DNA from: a bacterium
GTDB taxonomy: Bacteria > Bacillota > Clostridia > Oscillospirales > Acutalibacteraceae
Assembly (NCBI GenBank): GCA_963661495.1
Contig: CAVLCA010000012.1
Location: forward strand, 4,450-68,449
Reading direction: 5' to 3'
DNA: 64,000 nucleotides
The notes below the pieces were generated by a model. It did no database searches. It was not told the DNA's origin and saw only the letters and a program-made list of their open reading frames with translations. The translations under genes were made by a program, and so were the position numbers. Positions within the stretch are counted from its first letter, which is position 1, and every line of letters begins with the position of its first letter. Of the stretch, positions 17,957-28,048 are shown one piece after another.

Positions 17957-19507
17957 TCAAACTAACCTCTTCAAAATTCTAATTTTACCCTTAGTCAATC
18001 CGTCAATCATATATATCAATTGTTTAAACTCCTCCTGCTTTCTAAACAAACAGAAAAATATAACATTTGAAACCGCTGTAGCAATTAATGCATTTATTAT
18101 TAAAGCAACAATATTGGATTTAACATTTACAAACGATACTAATACAATGCAAATGGCAGTAGAGGCAACGGCTATAGATGAATATAACGCCAATTTAATT
18201 AAATATTTTTTTGCACCGGAATGAAACAACACAGTGAACAAATTTTTATATAGCCACGGCGTACCAATAAAAAGCGTACTTATTATTGTAGACATAATTA
18301 TACCGTATAATCCCCAAAATTGCACCATTATCAAATTCATTATTAAATTCGCTAACGCTGTAACTAATGGTCTAAATCTGTCTTCATGCCAAATACCTGC
18401 GGCGTCTTTATAGAGATTTAATAAAGAATTAATTACCCTAACATAAAAATACAGACAAAACAGAATAATATAACTATAATCTAACAATAGTTTTTCACCA
18501 ACCCAAATTTTCATAAACGGTTGATACATTCCGGCAAAACAGCAACAACAAAAAGCTCCAAGCCACGACATTAATAATGTGAATTTTTTTAAATCATTAT
18601 AATTTTTTTCTTCTGTTTCTACAACAATACTATTACCTATTCCTGCTGTACAGGCACTAAAAATAACAGTTACAAATCCAAATACAGCACTGATTACGCA
18701 ATTATAATTTTGATAAACAGCAAGGATTTTTAATCCCAAAAATGCGGAAATAACAATTGTGTCAACAGAATTTACAATTACAGTCCCGAGCTTTGCGGTA
18801 AACAAGTCACGAACACGCTTGTTAATTTTTGAAATCTCGCTCTTAGGTAAGGAGCCTGTCGGACGGTACCCCGGAAAAACTTTATCTACAATGATAGAAG
18901 TCACTATGTTACTTATACCATTCATTATAATCATAACTATTAAATAAACATAATAATTATGCGTAACAACAAGTGCTAATATCTGCAAAATATATGAGAT
19001 AGTTGATACAACCATTGCTATTTTTGATGAAATGTCATTTCTCTGATGTGCAGATAACAAACAATTTTTATATGCAAACAGCCAATAAGTTATTACTGTT
19101 GCCCCGAGATTCATTAAATACAATACATATATATTTAAATCATCGGGAATACTGCCCTTTATAAGTTTTGGAATAAACGGAATTAGCGCTATTCCAAGCA
19201 CTGCAATTACCAATCCGATTATTCTGTAATAAGTTCTGTAAAGCTTCATTAAAGCACAAATTACAGTTTTATTATCTTCGGCTATCGGCTTGTACATACT
19301 AAAAACCATTGCCGAGCCAACTCCGAGTTCGGCAAGATTCAATACCGATAAAATAGAAGCAAAAAGGCTATTAAGTCCCAGATATTCTACGCCCATTACG
19401 TGTATCATAACTGTTCGTATAATAAAAGGAACCAATTGACTATATGTAGTCAGAGCAAATCCAAAAATTATATTTCTTGTTGCGTTTTTACTTCTCTCAA
19501 TTTTCAT
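17957..19507 (-). CDS. Polysaccharide flippase (MOP/Wzx family)
   Basis: 516 aa and hydrophobic throughout (12 or more predicted spans), located within a glycosyltransferase cluster. Confidence 0.8.
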   Translation of the reverse strand: MKIERSKNATRNIIFGFALTTYSQLVPFIIRTVMIHVMGVEYLGLNSLFASILSVLNLAELGVGSAMVFSMYKPIAEDNKTVICALMKLYRTYYRIIGLVIAVLGIALIPFIPKLIKGSIPDDLNIYVLYLMNLGATVITYWLFAYKNCLLSAHQRNDISSKIAMVVSTISYILQILALVVTHNYYVYLIVMIIMNGISNIVTSIIVDKVFPGYRPTGSLPKSEISKINKRVRDLFTAKLGTVIVNSVDTIVISAFLGLKILAVYQNYNCVISAVFGFVTVIFSACTAGIGNSIVVETEEKNYNDLKKFTLLMSWLGAFCCCCFAGMYQPFMKIWVGEKLLLDYSYIILFCLYFYVRVINSLLNLYKDAAGIWHEDRFRPLVTALANLIMNLIMVQFWGLYGIIMSTIISTLFIGTPWLYKNLFTVLFHSGAKKYLIKLALYSSIAVASTAICIVLVSFVNVKSNIVALIINALIATAVSNVIFFCLFRKQEEFKQLIYMIDGLTKGKIRILKRLV

Positions 19508-20615
19508 TCAAATTTAATGCACCTTTCAAATATTTGTATGCAAATTCCTGTTCTTTTAAAATTAACTCTTCCGTTTTAGAATAATCAACATCAAACAAAC
19601 CGTCATACTCTTCTGTATTTCCTATAAATTTATCATCTAATTGCAACTTTTCAAACAAGGTTTCCATTCTGCTGTTCATACTCGATATATGTTCTTCACA
19701 TCGAGAAAACCATCTGAACGGTTTATTAAATATAACTGAAAAACAACAACCGTGGAATGAGTCCGTTAACATCAACTCACAATTATCGACAAGCCACAAA
19801 AATTCCGACGGACCGTAATTATATGCCGAATCATTTAAATAACAATATTTTTCTCCATACAGATTAACTATTTTACAATCATTTTCTTTTGCGATTTTAT
19901 TTATATATCGCTCTATTTCATCTGATTTATTACCCAAAAAATATGTTAAAATATATTTTCCGTTAATATCAACGGATTTTTCAACATCTCTCCATTTTTC
20001 AGCACTAAGAAGCAATGTGGGGTCAACAGTAGTCAGAACCTCTCTGTTGGTGTATTTTTTTATGATTTGTGCACCACGATTTTCTCTTACAGAAATATCC
20101 TTAAATTCTAAAACAGCTTCATTAAAATAACTGACCATATCTTGCGATATATCATCGGTTCCTATACTTGCCGAATAGGCTATTCTTTTCTGTTGCGGAA
20201 CAAACTTAGCGAAATAAAAATCAACTTGAGCTTTCACAAATTCCATGTTCCAAATTTGGTCAGAGCCGCAAATGATATAATCAAAATTATCGATTTTCTT
20301 TTTAAAAACCTTACTTTCATTATAACTGATAAAATCAATGCTTTTATTAAATATGTCAAATGATTTTATTCGTTTGTTTTTTTTATTAGCTTTTAGGCGG
20401 AGCAACGAAGAATAAACAGATTTTGCAAATGCAAATCTGATTTTGTTTTCTTTCATTCCTTTATAACAATTATAAAATAAATTTTGTTTTACCGTTTTGG
20501 AAGATATCCCAAGCCCATTCAGCGTTTGTATCAAAGCATAATTTTGCAATGATTGCCCATAATTGTTATCTCCCGTTAATGTTACGATCCCTACTTTTTT
20601 ACATTCTTTTTCCAT
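19497..20615 (-). CDS. Polysaccharide pyruvyl transferase
   Basis: VGIVTLTGDNNYGQSLQNYAL and ICGSDQIWN motifs typical of PS_pyruv_trans (CsaB/EpsO-like). Confidence 0.8.
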   Translation of the reverse strand: MEKECKKVGIVTLTGDNNYGQSLQNYALIQTLNGLGISSKTVKQNLFYNCYKGMKENKIRFAFAKSVYSSLLRLKANKKNKRIKSFDIFNKSIDFISYNESKVFKKKIDNFDYIICGSDQIWNMEFVKAQVDFYFAKFVPQQKRIAYSASIGTDDISQDMVSYFNEAVLEFKDISVRENRGAQIIKKYTNREVLTTVDPTLLLSAEKWRDVEKSVDINGKYILTYFLGNKSDEIERYINKIAKENDCKIVNLYGEKYCYLNDSAYNYGPSEFLWLVDNCELMLTDSFHGCCFSVIFNKPFRWFSRCEEHISSMNSRMETLFEKLQLDDKFIGNTEEYDGLFDVDYSKTEELILKEQEFAYKYLKGALNLNEN

Positions 20616-20797
20616 AATTCAACCATCCAGTATACTCTTGGAAATTTACAAATAAAAAATAATCTTTTACCTATCTTTCCTTTTAATTTTTTATAATCAT
20701 ATTTATAATATTTTAATTTTTTTACGACAGATAAATATAAATCTTTAAATTCATGTGTTCTGGTCAAGCTTTTTTGTAACATTTCAACCTAATTTTC

Positions 20798-21727
20798 CTA
20801 AAAAAGTCTTAAAATATATACCAACTTCTCTTTCCAACCAATTGTTTTTGCGAGCAAAACCTTTATAATGTTTTTCTTTGCAATTGATTTCAATTTAATA
20901 TGATCATTGCCATCTACATTTAAGAATGTGTCAACTAATATTCTTTCTCTACCAAAATATGAATTAATTTCTAAGCCCATATTTCTTTCAGCTATCTCAT
21001 AAGTTTTTATAAGTGCAAAATATAATTTTAAATACTTTTTACTATCTAATGTACGCATAACACTATCATTACGAATAAAATAATAATACAAAAATACATC
21101 ATCTAAAACAATCATTGATTCAATTGTTGACAGAAATGTTAGTACGAAACACAAATCCTCACCATAAGATAAGCTCGTATCGAATCGTAAATTATGTATT
21201 GAACTTTTAAGAAACAGCTTGTTCCATACACATCCAATCATATTACACTTATCTGAAAGACGAATGTACTCATACGCTTGTTTTCCACTAAAACATTCGT
21301 ATTTATTTTCTAAAATAATATCTTGCACTTTTATATTATTAAAGTCTGAAAAATTCTCAAAATTGCAAACAACACATTCTGCATCATTATCCTTTGCAAA
21401 TTTATATAAAACCTCATACATTTGAGGATGAATAAGATCATCAGGATCACAAAATGCTATATATTTTCCTAATGCATTATCTAATCCTATATTTCTAGCA
21501 GAAGATACTCCTCCATTTTCTTTATGTATAACCTTAATTCTATTATCTTTTTTTGCCCAATCATCACACATTTTAGGACAATTATCAGGTGAACCGTCAT
21601 CAATTAATATAATTTCCAAATTTGTGTAAGTTTGATTAACTATAGACTCTACACACCTATCAAGATATTTTTCGACATTATAAACAGGTACAATAACACT
21701 TATCAAATCATTATTTTTCATAATCAT
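20798..21727 (-). CDS. Family-2 glycosyltransferase
   Basis: ISVIVPVYNVEKYLDRCVESIVNQTY..LEIILIDDGSPD...DPDD. Confidence 0.9.
   Translation of the reverse strand: MIMKNNDLISVIVPVYNVEKYLDRCVESIVNQTYTNLEIILIDDGSPDNCPKMCDDWAKKDNRIKVIHKENGGVSSARNIGLDNALGKYIAFCDPDDLIHPQMYEVLYKFAKDNDAECVVCNFENFSDFNNIKVQDIILENKYECFSGKQAYEYIRLSDKCNMIGCVWNKLFLKSSIHNLRFDTSLSYGEDLCFVLTFLSTIESMIVLDDVFLYYYFIRNDSVMRTLDSKKYLKLYFALIKTYEIAERNMGLEINSYFGRERILVDTFLNVDGNDHIKLKSIAKKNIIKVLLAKTIGWKEKLVYILRLF
21516..21688. repeat. 173-nt near-identical segment shared with 22514..22686 (5' ends of adjacent GT2 genes)
   Basis: Manual alignment gives 9 mismatches in 173 nt, including a perfect run of more than 60 nt. The remainder of the two genes is dissimilar. 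Confidence 0.85.
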
Positions 21728-22716
21728 CCTTTAATCATATTCCAAAATTTCATTGCAACTCTAAAACATCCATACATTCTTTTGTTTATCATCAGCGAAA
21801 AAAGTTTAAAATGCTTTGGCAATAGTTTTCTGTACTTTGTTGCATTATTCAAAGAGTCGTCTTTCACAATCTTATTATAATCATCAATTCTATTTAAAGC
21901 CAACAAATTCTTCAAATAAACGATAACATTCATTTGAAACTGATAATAAAATTCATTATAATCAATAGGAATTTCTTTTGCAAAACTATCATTTAACTTT
22001 CTTTTTTGATTTTTAACCCATCTGTCATAACTTATATTATCTATATTATGAGTGGTACTATCCGCATTTTGAAAATAAAAATACAAGCATTCATCAAAAA
22101 AAGTGACGATGTTTGCACAATGAAAAACCCTAAAATTAAACCAATAATCTTCGCATCGAATATCATTAACATCAAAATGCAAATTGTTCTTTTTTAAAAA
22201 CTCCGCTTTATATAATTTATTCCAAGGTCCAAACAGTCCAATATTTTTATTTGTGTAAAATGATTTTAATAAATTTTCTTTTACCGCTTTATTATTTGAA
22301 TATAGTTTTTCAAGTTCAAAATGAACAGGTGTAATTTTGCCTCCATTATCAATATTCCAAGAAAAAATAACAACATCACTATTATTTTCTAAAGCATTTT
22401 TTAAACATTTTTCAATTTGTGTCTTTTCACAATAATCATCACTGTCTACAAAAGAGATATATTCACCGGTTGAAATTTCCAATCCTAAATTTCTTGCATC
22501 GGCTTGTCCACCGTTTTCTTTATGTATAACCTTAATTCTATTATCTTTTTTTGCCCAATCATCACACATTTTAGGACAGTTATCCGGCGAGCCGTCATCA
22601 ATTAATATAATTTCCAAATTTGTATAAGTTTGATTAACTATAGACTCTATACACCTATCAAGATATTTTTCAACGTTATATACAGGAATAATTACAGACA
22701 CTAAAATGTTTTTCAT
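21724..22716 (-). CDS. Family-2 glycosyltransferase
   Basis: VSVIIPVYNVEKYLDRCIESIVNQTYTNLEIILIDDGSPD...DSDD. Stop overlaps the next start (4 nt). Confidence 0.9.
   Translation of the reverse strand: MKNILVSVIIPVYNVEKYLDRCIESIVNQTYTNLEIILIDDGSPDNCPKMCDDWAKKDNRIKVIHKENGGQADARNLGLEISTGEYISFVDSDDYCEKTQIEKCLKNALENNSDVVIFSWNIDNGGKITPVHFELEKLYSNNKAVKENLLKSFYTNKNIGLFGPWNKLYKAEFLKKNNLHFDVNDIRCEDYWFNFRVFHCANIVTFFDECLYFYFQNADSTTHNIDNISYDRWVKNQKRKLNDSFAKEIPIDYNEFYYQFQMNVIVYLKNLLALNRIDDYNKIVKDDSLNNATKYRKLLPKHFKLFSLMINKRMYGCFRVAMKFWNMIKG
22514..22686. repeat. Partner copy of repeat 21516..21688
   Basis: See 21516..21688; the offset is exactly 998 nt. Confidence 0.85.
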
Positions 22717-22770
22717 ATAAATTCACCTAAACATATCAGTTACTAATAAGTAAACAAATTACAATTATAA

Positions 22771-23838
22771 TTAAAACTTAAAACTCTTATACAATCTCAT
22801 TATAATTTCACTATTTTTTATTTGATTCTTTAATTTAGTTATCATTATAATCAAATTAGTTTTCCTATGATTAAAAGCCCAAATTTGAATATTATTTATA
22901 GGATTTTTAACATATTGTATTTTGTTTTTTAGTAAGACTTCAATTAATTCTTTATTATTAAAAACTTTATTAACCTCTTTTTTTAGTTCTGACTTGGCAT
23001 AATTACAATCTTTATGAAAATAATTTTGACAAACGACATTATACATTCCTTTAAGAAACCTTAACTGAATATAATCCAATACTCTATCATCATTTATTTG
23101 CCAATTGTTGTAAAGATCTGTAAATTTATAATACACATCAAGTATAAATTCGGATTTATTAGGCAAATACCTCGAACATGCATTACCATTTAAATAAATC
23201 ACATAATGATAATAAACTTCCGACGAAACATACACATCATTTAATCGGGGGTATAATTGCATATTAAAAATTTCATCTTCTTGTATTCTCTGATTACCAA
23301 AATGAAAATTGCACTTTTTTAAAAATGACATTCGATAAAACTTATTCCAAGCAAATCCATTCCCGTGTTTCATCCATAACAATTCATCTGAATAAACTTT
23401 TTTCAAATCATTATTAGAGTGAATAATATGCTCATTTAAAGATATCTTTTCCTCCCCCGGTTCCGAATTTACTTTAACATAATATCCGAAAATCACTAAA
23501 TCAGCAGCGTTTTCTGTTGCCATTTTGACAGCATTTTCAATAAAATCAACTTCAATAGAATCATCCACATCAAAGAAATATATAAACTCCCCTTTAGAAT
23601 TATCAATACCAACATTTCTGGCACTGCCAGGTCCACCGTTTTCTTTATGAAAAACACGAATTCTATTATCTTTTTCTTTTAATTCATCACACAAATGTGA
23701 TGTGTTATCTGTTGAACCATCATCCACAATAATTATATCTAAATTTTTATATGTTTGATTTATTATATATTTTACTCCGCTAATCAAAAATTTTTCAACA
23801 TTATACGCTGCAATTGCAACTGTAACCAACGGTTCCAT
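22771..23838 (-). CDS. Family-2 glycosyltransferase
   Basis: VTVAIAAYNVEKFL...IIIVDDGSTDNT...DVDD. Confidence 0.9.
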   Translation of the reverse strand: MEPLVTVAIAAYNVEKFLISGVKYIINQTYKNLDIIIVDDGSTDNTSHLCDELKEKDNRIRVFHKENGGPGSARNVGIDNSKGEFIYFFDVDDSIEVDFIENAVKMATENAADLVIFGYYVKVNSEPGEEKISLNEHIIHSNNDLKKVYSDELLWMKHGNGFAWNKFYRMSFLKKCNFHFGNQRIQEDEIFNMQLYPRLNDVYVSSEVYYHYVIYLNGNACSRYLPNKSEFILDVYYKFTDLYNNWQINDDRVLDYIQLRFLKGMYNVVCQNYFHKDCNYAKSELKKEVNKVFNNKELIEVLLKNKIQYVKNPINNIQIWAFNHRKTNLIIMITKLKNQIKNSEIIMRLYKSFKF

Positions 23839-23848
23839 TTTGTTTCTC

Positions 23849-24562
23849 CTATAAAATCCCTTTTAACTTCTCAACAGTATCCTTACCAATCACTCTACGA
23901 ACGAAACGGTTAAACTTTAATTGTAACGCTGATTTATCGCTCCAACTTGCATCATACCAATGAATAGAATAAGTTTTATCGGTTTTATTCAATCGTCCCG
24001 TAATGCTGTCGTACGGATTGAAATATTCTTCCGGATAAAGGTGAACATCGCACACTGTTTGTTCACTTCCGTCCAAAATTATTCCTTTTGTTTTAAACAA
24101 ATCCGTTGCGACCTTGGGACAGCCTATTTGGTTATATGTGCCGTCCTCGTTTGTAAAATTCCATTCTTTATAAACATCAATATGTTCCTTCAAAAACGGC
24201 AATCCCGCTTCAGAGCCAAAACCTTGCCCTGTATTTATGTTTTCATTATTTTCAAAACTCATATATGCCCTATTTTCAAGCAAATCATCAAGCGGCTTTA
24301 CAACCTCAACATCGGTGTCCATATATATTCCGCCATATTGATAAACAAGCATAAGTCGTGCAACATCTGTTACAAAAGCATATTTTTTCGCTTCATATGC
24401 TTGCTCAACAAACGGCATACAATGAATATCAAAATTACTTTCGTTCCATTCGATTATTTCATAATCCGGGCAAAACTTTTTCCAGCTGTTTATGCACTTT
24501 TGAACACTTTTCGGTTTTTCGTTTCCGCCAAACCAACAATAATGAATTTTTTTTGGAATCAT
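23849..24562 (-). CDS. DXD-motif glycosyltransferase (Gly_transf_sug / GT32-like)
   Basis: IPKKIHYCWFGG...SWKKFCPDYEIIEWNE...TDVARL..YQYGGIYMDTDVEV. Confidence 0.8.
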   Translation of the reverse strand: MIPKKIHYCWFGGNEKPKSVQKCINSWKKFCPDYEIIEWNESNFDIHCMPFVEQAYEAKKYAFVTDVARLMLVYQYGGIYMDTDVEVVKPLDDLLENRAYMSFENNENINTGQGFGSEAGLPFLKEHIDVYKEWNFTNEDGTYNQIGCPKVATDLFKTKGIILDGSEQTVCDVHLYPEEYFNPYDSITGRLNKTDKTYSIHWYDASWSDKSALQLKFNRFVRRVIGKDTVEKLKGIL

Positions 24563-25743
24563 AATTGTTCTCCGATAATTTCATACAACTTTTCTATTTC
24601 TTTTGAATTCGTATAATCTGTTTTTCGAGTATTAGCAATTAATTTTTTTAAACACTCGTTATCATTTATCACCTTAACAATTCCCTCAGCACATTTTTGA
24701 TTATCCATAGGAACAATTATTCCGTCAAAGCCATCAGTCAACTGTGACTTTGACGAAGCATAATCAGTAATTATCACAGGTTTATTAAGAATTTGTGCTT
24801 CTCTGACAGCAACACATTTTCCTTCATATCTTGAAGGTTGAACATAAATATCACAAGCTTTTATATACGGATAAGGATTTTCCTTTTTACCAAGAATGAT
24901 AACAGTATCTTCCATTTTGTACTCGGCAATTTTGGATTTGATGAGCCTTTCATCGGCACCGAATCCGATTATATACCATTTAAAATCTATACCTTTTGAT
25001 TTTATAATGCTTGCAATTTCAGGCACATTATCAAAATTCTTTGCTTCGCAAAATCTACCGATTGACAAAAGCTTAACAGAACCGTCAGGCATTTCGTTTA
25101 TAACATTTATCTTATCAGCTTCATTTTTAATAAATTGCTCTGATAATATATTTTCTATAACTATTGTCTTGTTTTTCAATTCCGGAAACAAAGTATAAAA
25201 CGTCTTTTGGTTTTGATTACTTACACAAGCAATGTAATTCATTTTTTTATAATCTTTTTTTAGAAAATCCATATCTTCATTAGCAGACGAATAATCAGTA
25301 TGTACCCAACCTACTTTTACATCAGCACTTACTTTTTCTATTATTAAATCAAAAGGTCTAAAAAATCCCAAAGCCAAATCATAATGTTTTTTTAATGGTT
25401 TAACCTTCATTCTCATTATTTCTGCCCATGTTTCATCATGATTAACATAAATAAATTTGGATAACAAAGCATCTCTTAAACGTAAAAAAGCAGAATAATA
25501 ACACTTATTTTTAACTTTAGAAACGAACGATTCTCGTAAATATGCTAATTCTTTAACTTCAGGTAAAATATTTACATTCTCATTGATTAAATTCATTAAT
25601 GTACCGTGATGGGAATATAAAAACAAATCAACATTATATTTTTTATAATCTACAGAATCCAGCAGCCCTAGCAAGCTTCGCTCTATTCCGCCAAGTTCCA
25701 TTGGACCCGTAAACACAACTAATATATTCTTCTTTTCTTCCAT
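24559..25743 (-). CDS. Family-4 (group 1) glycosyltransferase
   Basis: 394 aa; C-terminal YVQPSRYEGKCVAVREAQILNKPVIITD (EX7E-type region). Confidence 0.85.
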   Translation of the reverse strand: MEEKKNILVVFTGPMELGGIERSLLGLLDSVDYKKYNVDLFLYSHHGTLMNLINENVNILPEVKELAYLRESFVSKVKNKCYYSAFLRLRDALLSKFIYVNHDETWAEIMRMKVKPLKKHYDLALGFFRPFDLIIEKVSADVKVGWVHTDYSSANEDMDFLKKDYKKMNYIACVSNQNQKTFYTLFPELKNKTIVIENILSEQFIKNEADKINVINEMPDGSVKLLSIGRFCEAKNFDNVPEIASIIKSKGIDFKWYIIGFGADERLIKSKIAEYKMEDTVIILGKKENPYPYIKACDIYVQPSRYEGKCVAVREAQILNKPVIITDYASSKSQLTDGFDGIIVPMDNQKCAEGIVKVINDNECLKKLIANTRKTDYTNSKEIEKLYEIIGEQL

Positions 25744-25768
25744 ATTTACCGCCTAATAAAATAAACGC

Positions 25769-26890
25769 TTAATATTTACATGATTTTAATGCCAACAAAT
25801 AAAGATTAAAATTTTTTTTCATTATAGAATTATATAGATTTTTATATTCGAGTCCTTTATACTTGCATTCTGAAAAATATTTATCAAAAATATCACAAAT
25901 ATATACAAACAAATTCATTTGAATATTTTTATTCATATAAAAATATCTGTTATAACTATTTATAACTTGTCGTAACGTGATATTCAAAACGCGTTCATTA
26001 ATAGAAATATTTAAATAATTCATTCTATCTAATATTTGAGGAACTATTAAAATTGAATCTAAAGAAGCATAATTGCTGGAAGCCGAAAACGAAATACCTT
26101 TTCGATTGCGTCTGTAACCGTATGTATATTCATCAACTACTCCAACTTTTCCCCCTGCCATTTCATGCACGAAGAATTCCATACAAGTATCTTCAAATAC
26201 ATATCCTTCTTCAAACTCAAAATGTTCTAATAAAGAGTTTTTTATTACTTTATTACAAGCAAGACCATATAGTTTCTCTCCTGCTCTTTGAACTTTTGAA
26301 ATTATCTTATCTCCTTCGAAATAGTAATAATTACCTTCAACTATACTTAATTCTTCAGAATATGCTTTATCTAACAATAGCTCAACAGTATTATCTTTAA
26401 TAACATCATCCGAATCAACAAATAAAACATAATCACTTTCTATATTTTTAATTCCAAAATTTCTTGCTGAAGACAATCCTCCGTTTTGTTTTTCTAAAAA
26501 CTGTATTTTAGGATCGTTAATAAAACTTTGAATGATTTGTTTTGAGGAATCTGTAGAACCGTCGTTTATTATTTTAATTATATATTTATATTTTGTTTTC
26601 TGATTTAATAAAGATTCAATACATTCACCAATATATTTCTCAACATTATAAACGGGTACAATAATAGTAAGGTTATAATTGGAAGATTCCATAGAATTAA
26701 CGATACTTAAATCTGAAGGTTTATGAAGCCTAACATCAGTTAAAAATTTTTGAGAATCATTTAAAGTCGGCAGATTAATTTTCTTGTTTTTAAACACTTT
26801 ATACAATATCGGATATAAAACACGATAAGTATATTTTGATAAAATCTTATTTATTTTAAAAACGAAACTCATGTTCATAGCATTCTCCAT
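25769..26890 (-). CDS. Family-2 glycosyltransferase with an about 70-aa N-terminal extension
   Basis: LTIIVPVYNVEKYIGECIESLLNQ...NDGSTDSS...DSDD. Confidence 0.85.
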   Translation of the reverse strand: MENAMNMSFVFKINKILSKYTYRVLYPILYKVFKNKKINLPTLNDSQKFLTDVRLHKPSDLSIVNSMESSNYNLTIIVPVYNVEKYIGECIESLLNQKTKYKYIIKIINDGSTDSSKQIIQSFINDPKIQFLEKQNGGLSSARNFGIKNIESDYVLFVDSDDVIKDNTVELLLDKAYSEELSIVEGNYYYFEGDKIISKVQRAGEKLYGLACNKVIKNSLLEHFEFEEGYVFEDTCMEFFVHEMAGGKVGVVDEYTYGYRRNRKGISFSASSNYASLDSILIVPQILDRMNYLNISINERVLNITLRQVINSYNRYFYMNKNIQMNLFVYICDIFDKYFSECKYKGLEYKNLYNSIMKKNFNLYLLALKSCKY

Positions 26891-26908
26891 TTTTAAAAGA
26901 CTTTTTAA

Positions 26909-28036
26909 TTAACTAATCCATTTAAACTCATTTAATGCTATACTGTCAAATGAGTTGTCGAATGTTCCAAAGCCAGAATAGATATTACCATACCACATAT
27001 AAAACAGATAACATCCGACAGCGGCTACTTTCATAGGCACACGCCATTTAGGTTTAACCATATTAAACATTCTCGGCAAAGCAACTACAGGAAAAATATA
27101 AAAATAGTTTGCCAAACGGGCAAAATAGTTTGCCGTGCCAAATAAGGCGATAAACATTATTTCACCATTAAGGAACGACAAATTTAAGCAAACATTATCT
27201 TGTCTGTCATATTCATAATATGGATCATTTATTTGTTTTCGAAGTATAAACGACAAAACTAACGGAACTAATGTAACTAAAAGTCTAAAAGGATTAACTC
27301 CTTCTCCGCTGAACTCCTCAACCGTATAATCTTTGCCCAAGGATTCGGTTGTTTCCAAAAGTGTACCTAACATTGGGCGAAGCAAAATTCCGGCAAAGAA
27401 AAATAGAACTATCCACATAACTGTTCTTTTGTCCTGCCATGGAATAAAAAACATAAACGGAACAATTAAATACATGATTGAGTACGCATGGAAAGTCTCG
27501 GCTATTAATATCCAAAAAACAAACCAAAACCACTTTTTATTTATCGCCTTATCAACCGCAATCAGGCAAAATGCAACCGCAACGCATTGCTTAATTGCCG
27601 CAAGCGGAAAAGTGAATACAAGGCAAAAAAACAAAAACATTGACATCAGAAAATCGGTTGAATATTTATGTATAAACCAAATGTATATGCTGTATGTCAC
27701 AATGGCAAACACCATCAAATAACCGTTACTGCTGAAGCCTAATGACTTTAAAACAATGCCCGCAACATTAAATCCGAAATTATCGCCAAATGTCCACTCA
27801 ACATCCGAAAAGTCAAAATCCGAATTTGTTAAGTATTCATACATTTCTAAATATGTAATGGTATCGTTATAATTTGTTCTCAATCCGGCAAATACCGCCA
27901 TAACAACAACGGCTATAATCCATATAAACTTTTCTTTATAAATATAGCCGGTCAGCCTCTCATTTTTTCTTGAAAACCTATCAGAAAAAAAGGCTGTTAC
28001 CAGACAAATAACAAATATAGGAATTAATTTCCACAT
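26909..28036 (-). CDS. EpsG-family polysaccharide polymerase (Wzy-like)
   Basis: 375 aa, about 10-11 hydrophobic spans, RTNYNDTITY-type N-terminal motif as in EpsG proteins. Confidence 0.7.
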   Translation of the reverse strand: MWKLIPIFVICLVTAFFSDRFSRKNERLTGYIYKEKFIWIIAVVVMAVFAGLRTNYNDTITYLEMYEYLTNSDFDFSDVEWTFGDNFGFNVAGIVLKSLGFSSNGYLMVFAIVTYSIYIWFIHKYSTDFLMSMFLFFCLVFTFPLAAIKQCVAVAFCLIAVDKAINKKWFWFVFWILIAETFHAYSIMYLIVPFMFFIPWQDKRTVMWIVLFFFAGILLRPMLGTLLETTESLGKDYTVEEFSGEGVNPFRLLVTLVPLVLSFILRKQINDPYYEYDRQDNVCLNLSFLNGEIMFIALFGTANYFARLANYFYIFPVVALPRMFNMVKPKWRVPMKVAAVGCYLFYMWYGNIYSGFGTFDNSFDSIALNEFKWIS

Positions 28037-28048
28037 AAATGATCTCCG

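Noticed and set aside
20591-20782. 63-aa Lys/Tyr-rich minus-strand ORF in the only sizeable gap (182 nt) of the polysaccharide operon.
   Set aside because: It has a weak RBS and a low-complexity AT-driven composition, and it overlaps the pyruvyl-transferase start by 25 nt in another frame. It could be a gene remnant, but I cannot support it as a gene. The gap may instead hold an internal promoter, although I found no convincing -35/-10 pair.
23960-24616. Plus-strand ORF of 218 aa.
   Set aside because: It is antisense to the DXD glycosyltransferase gene in an AT-rich region, where long spurious ORFs are expected.
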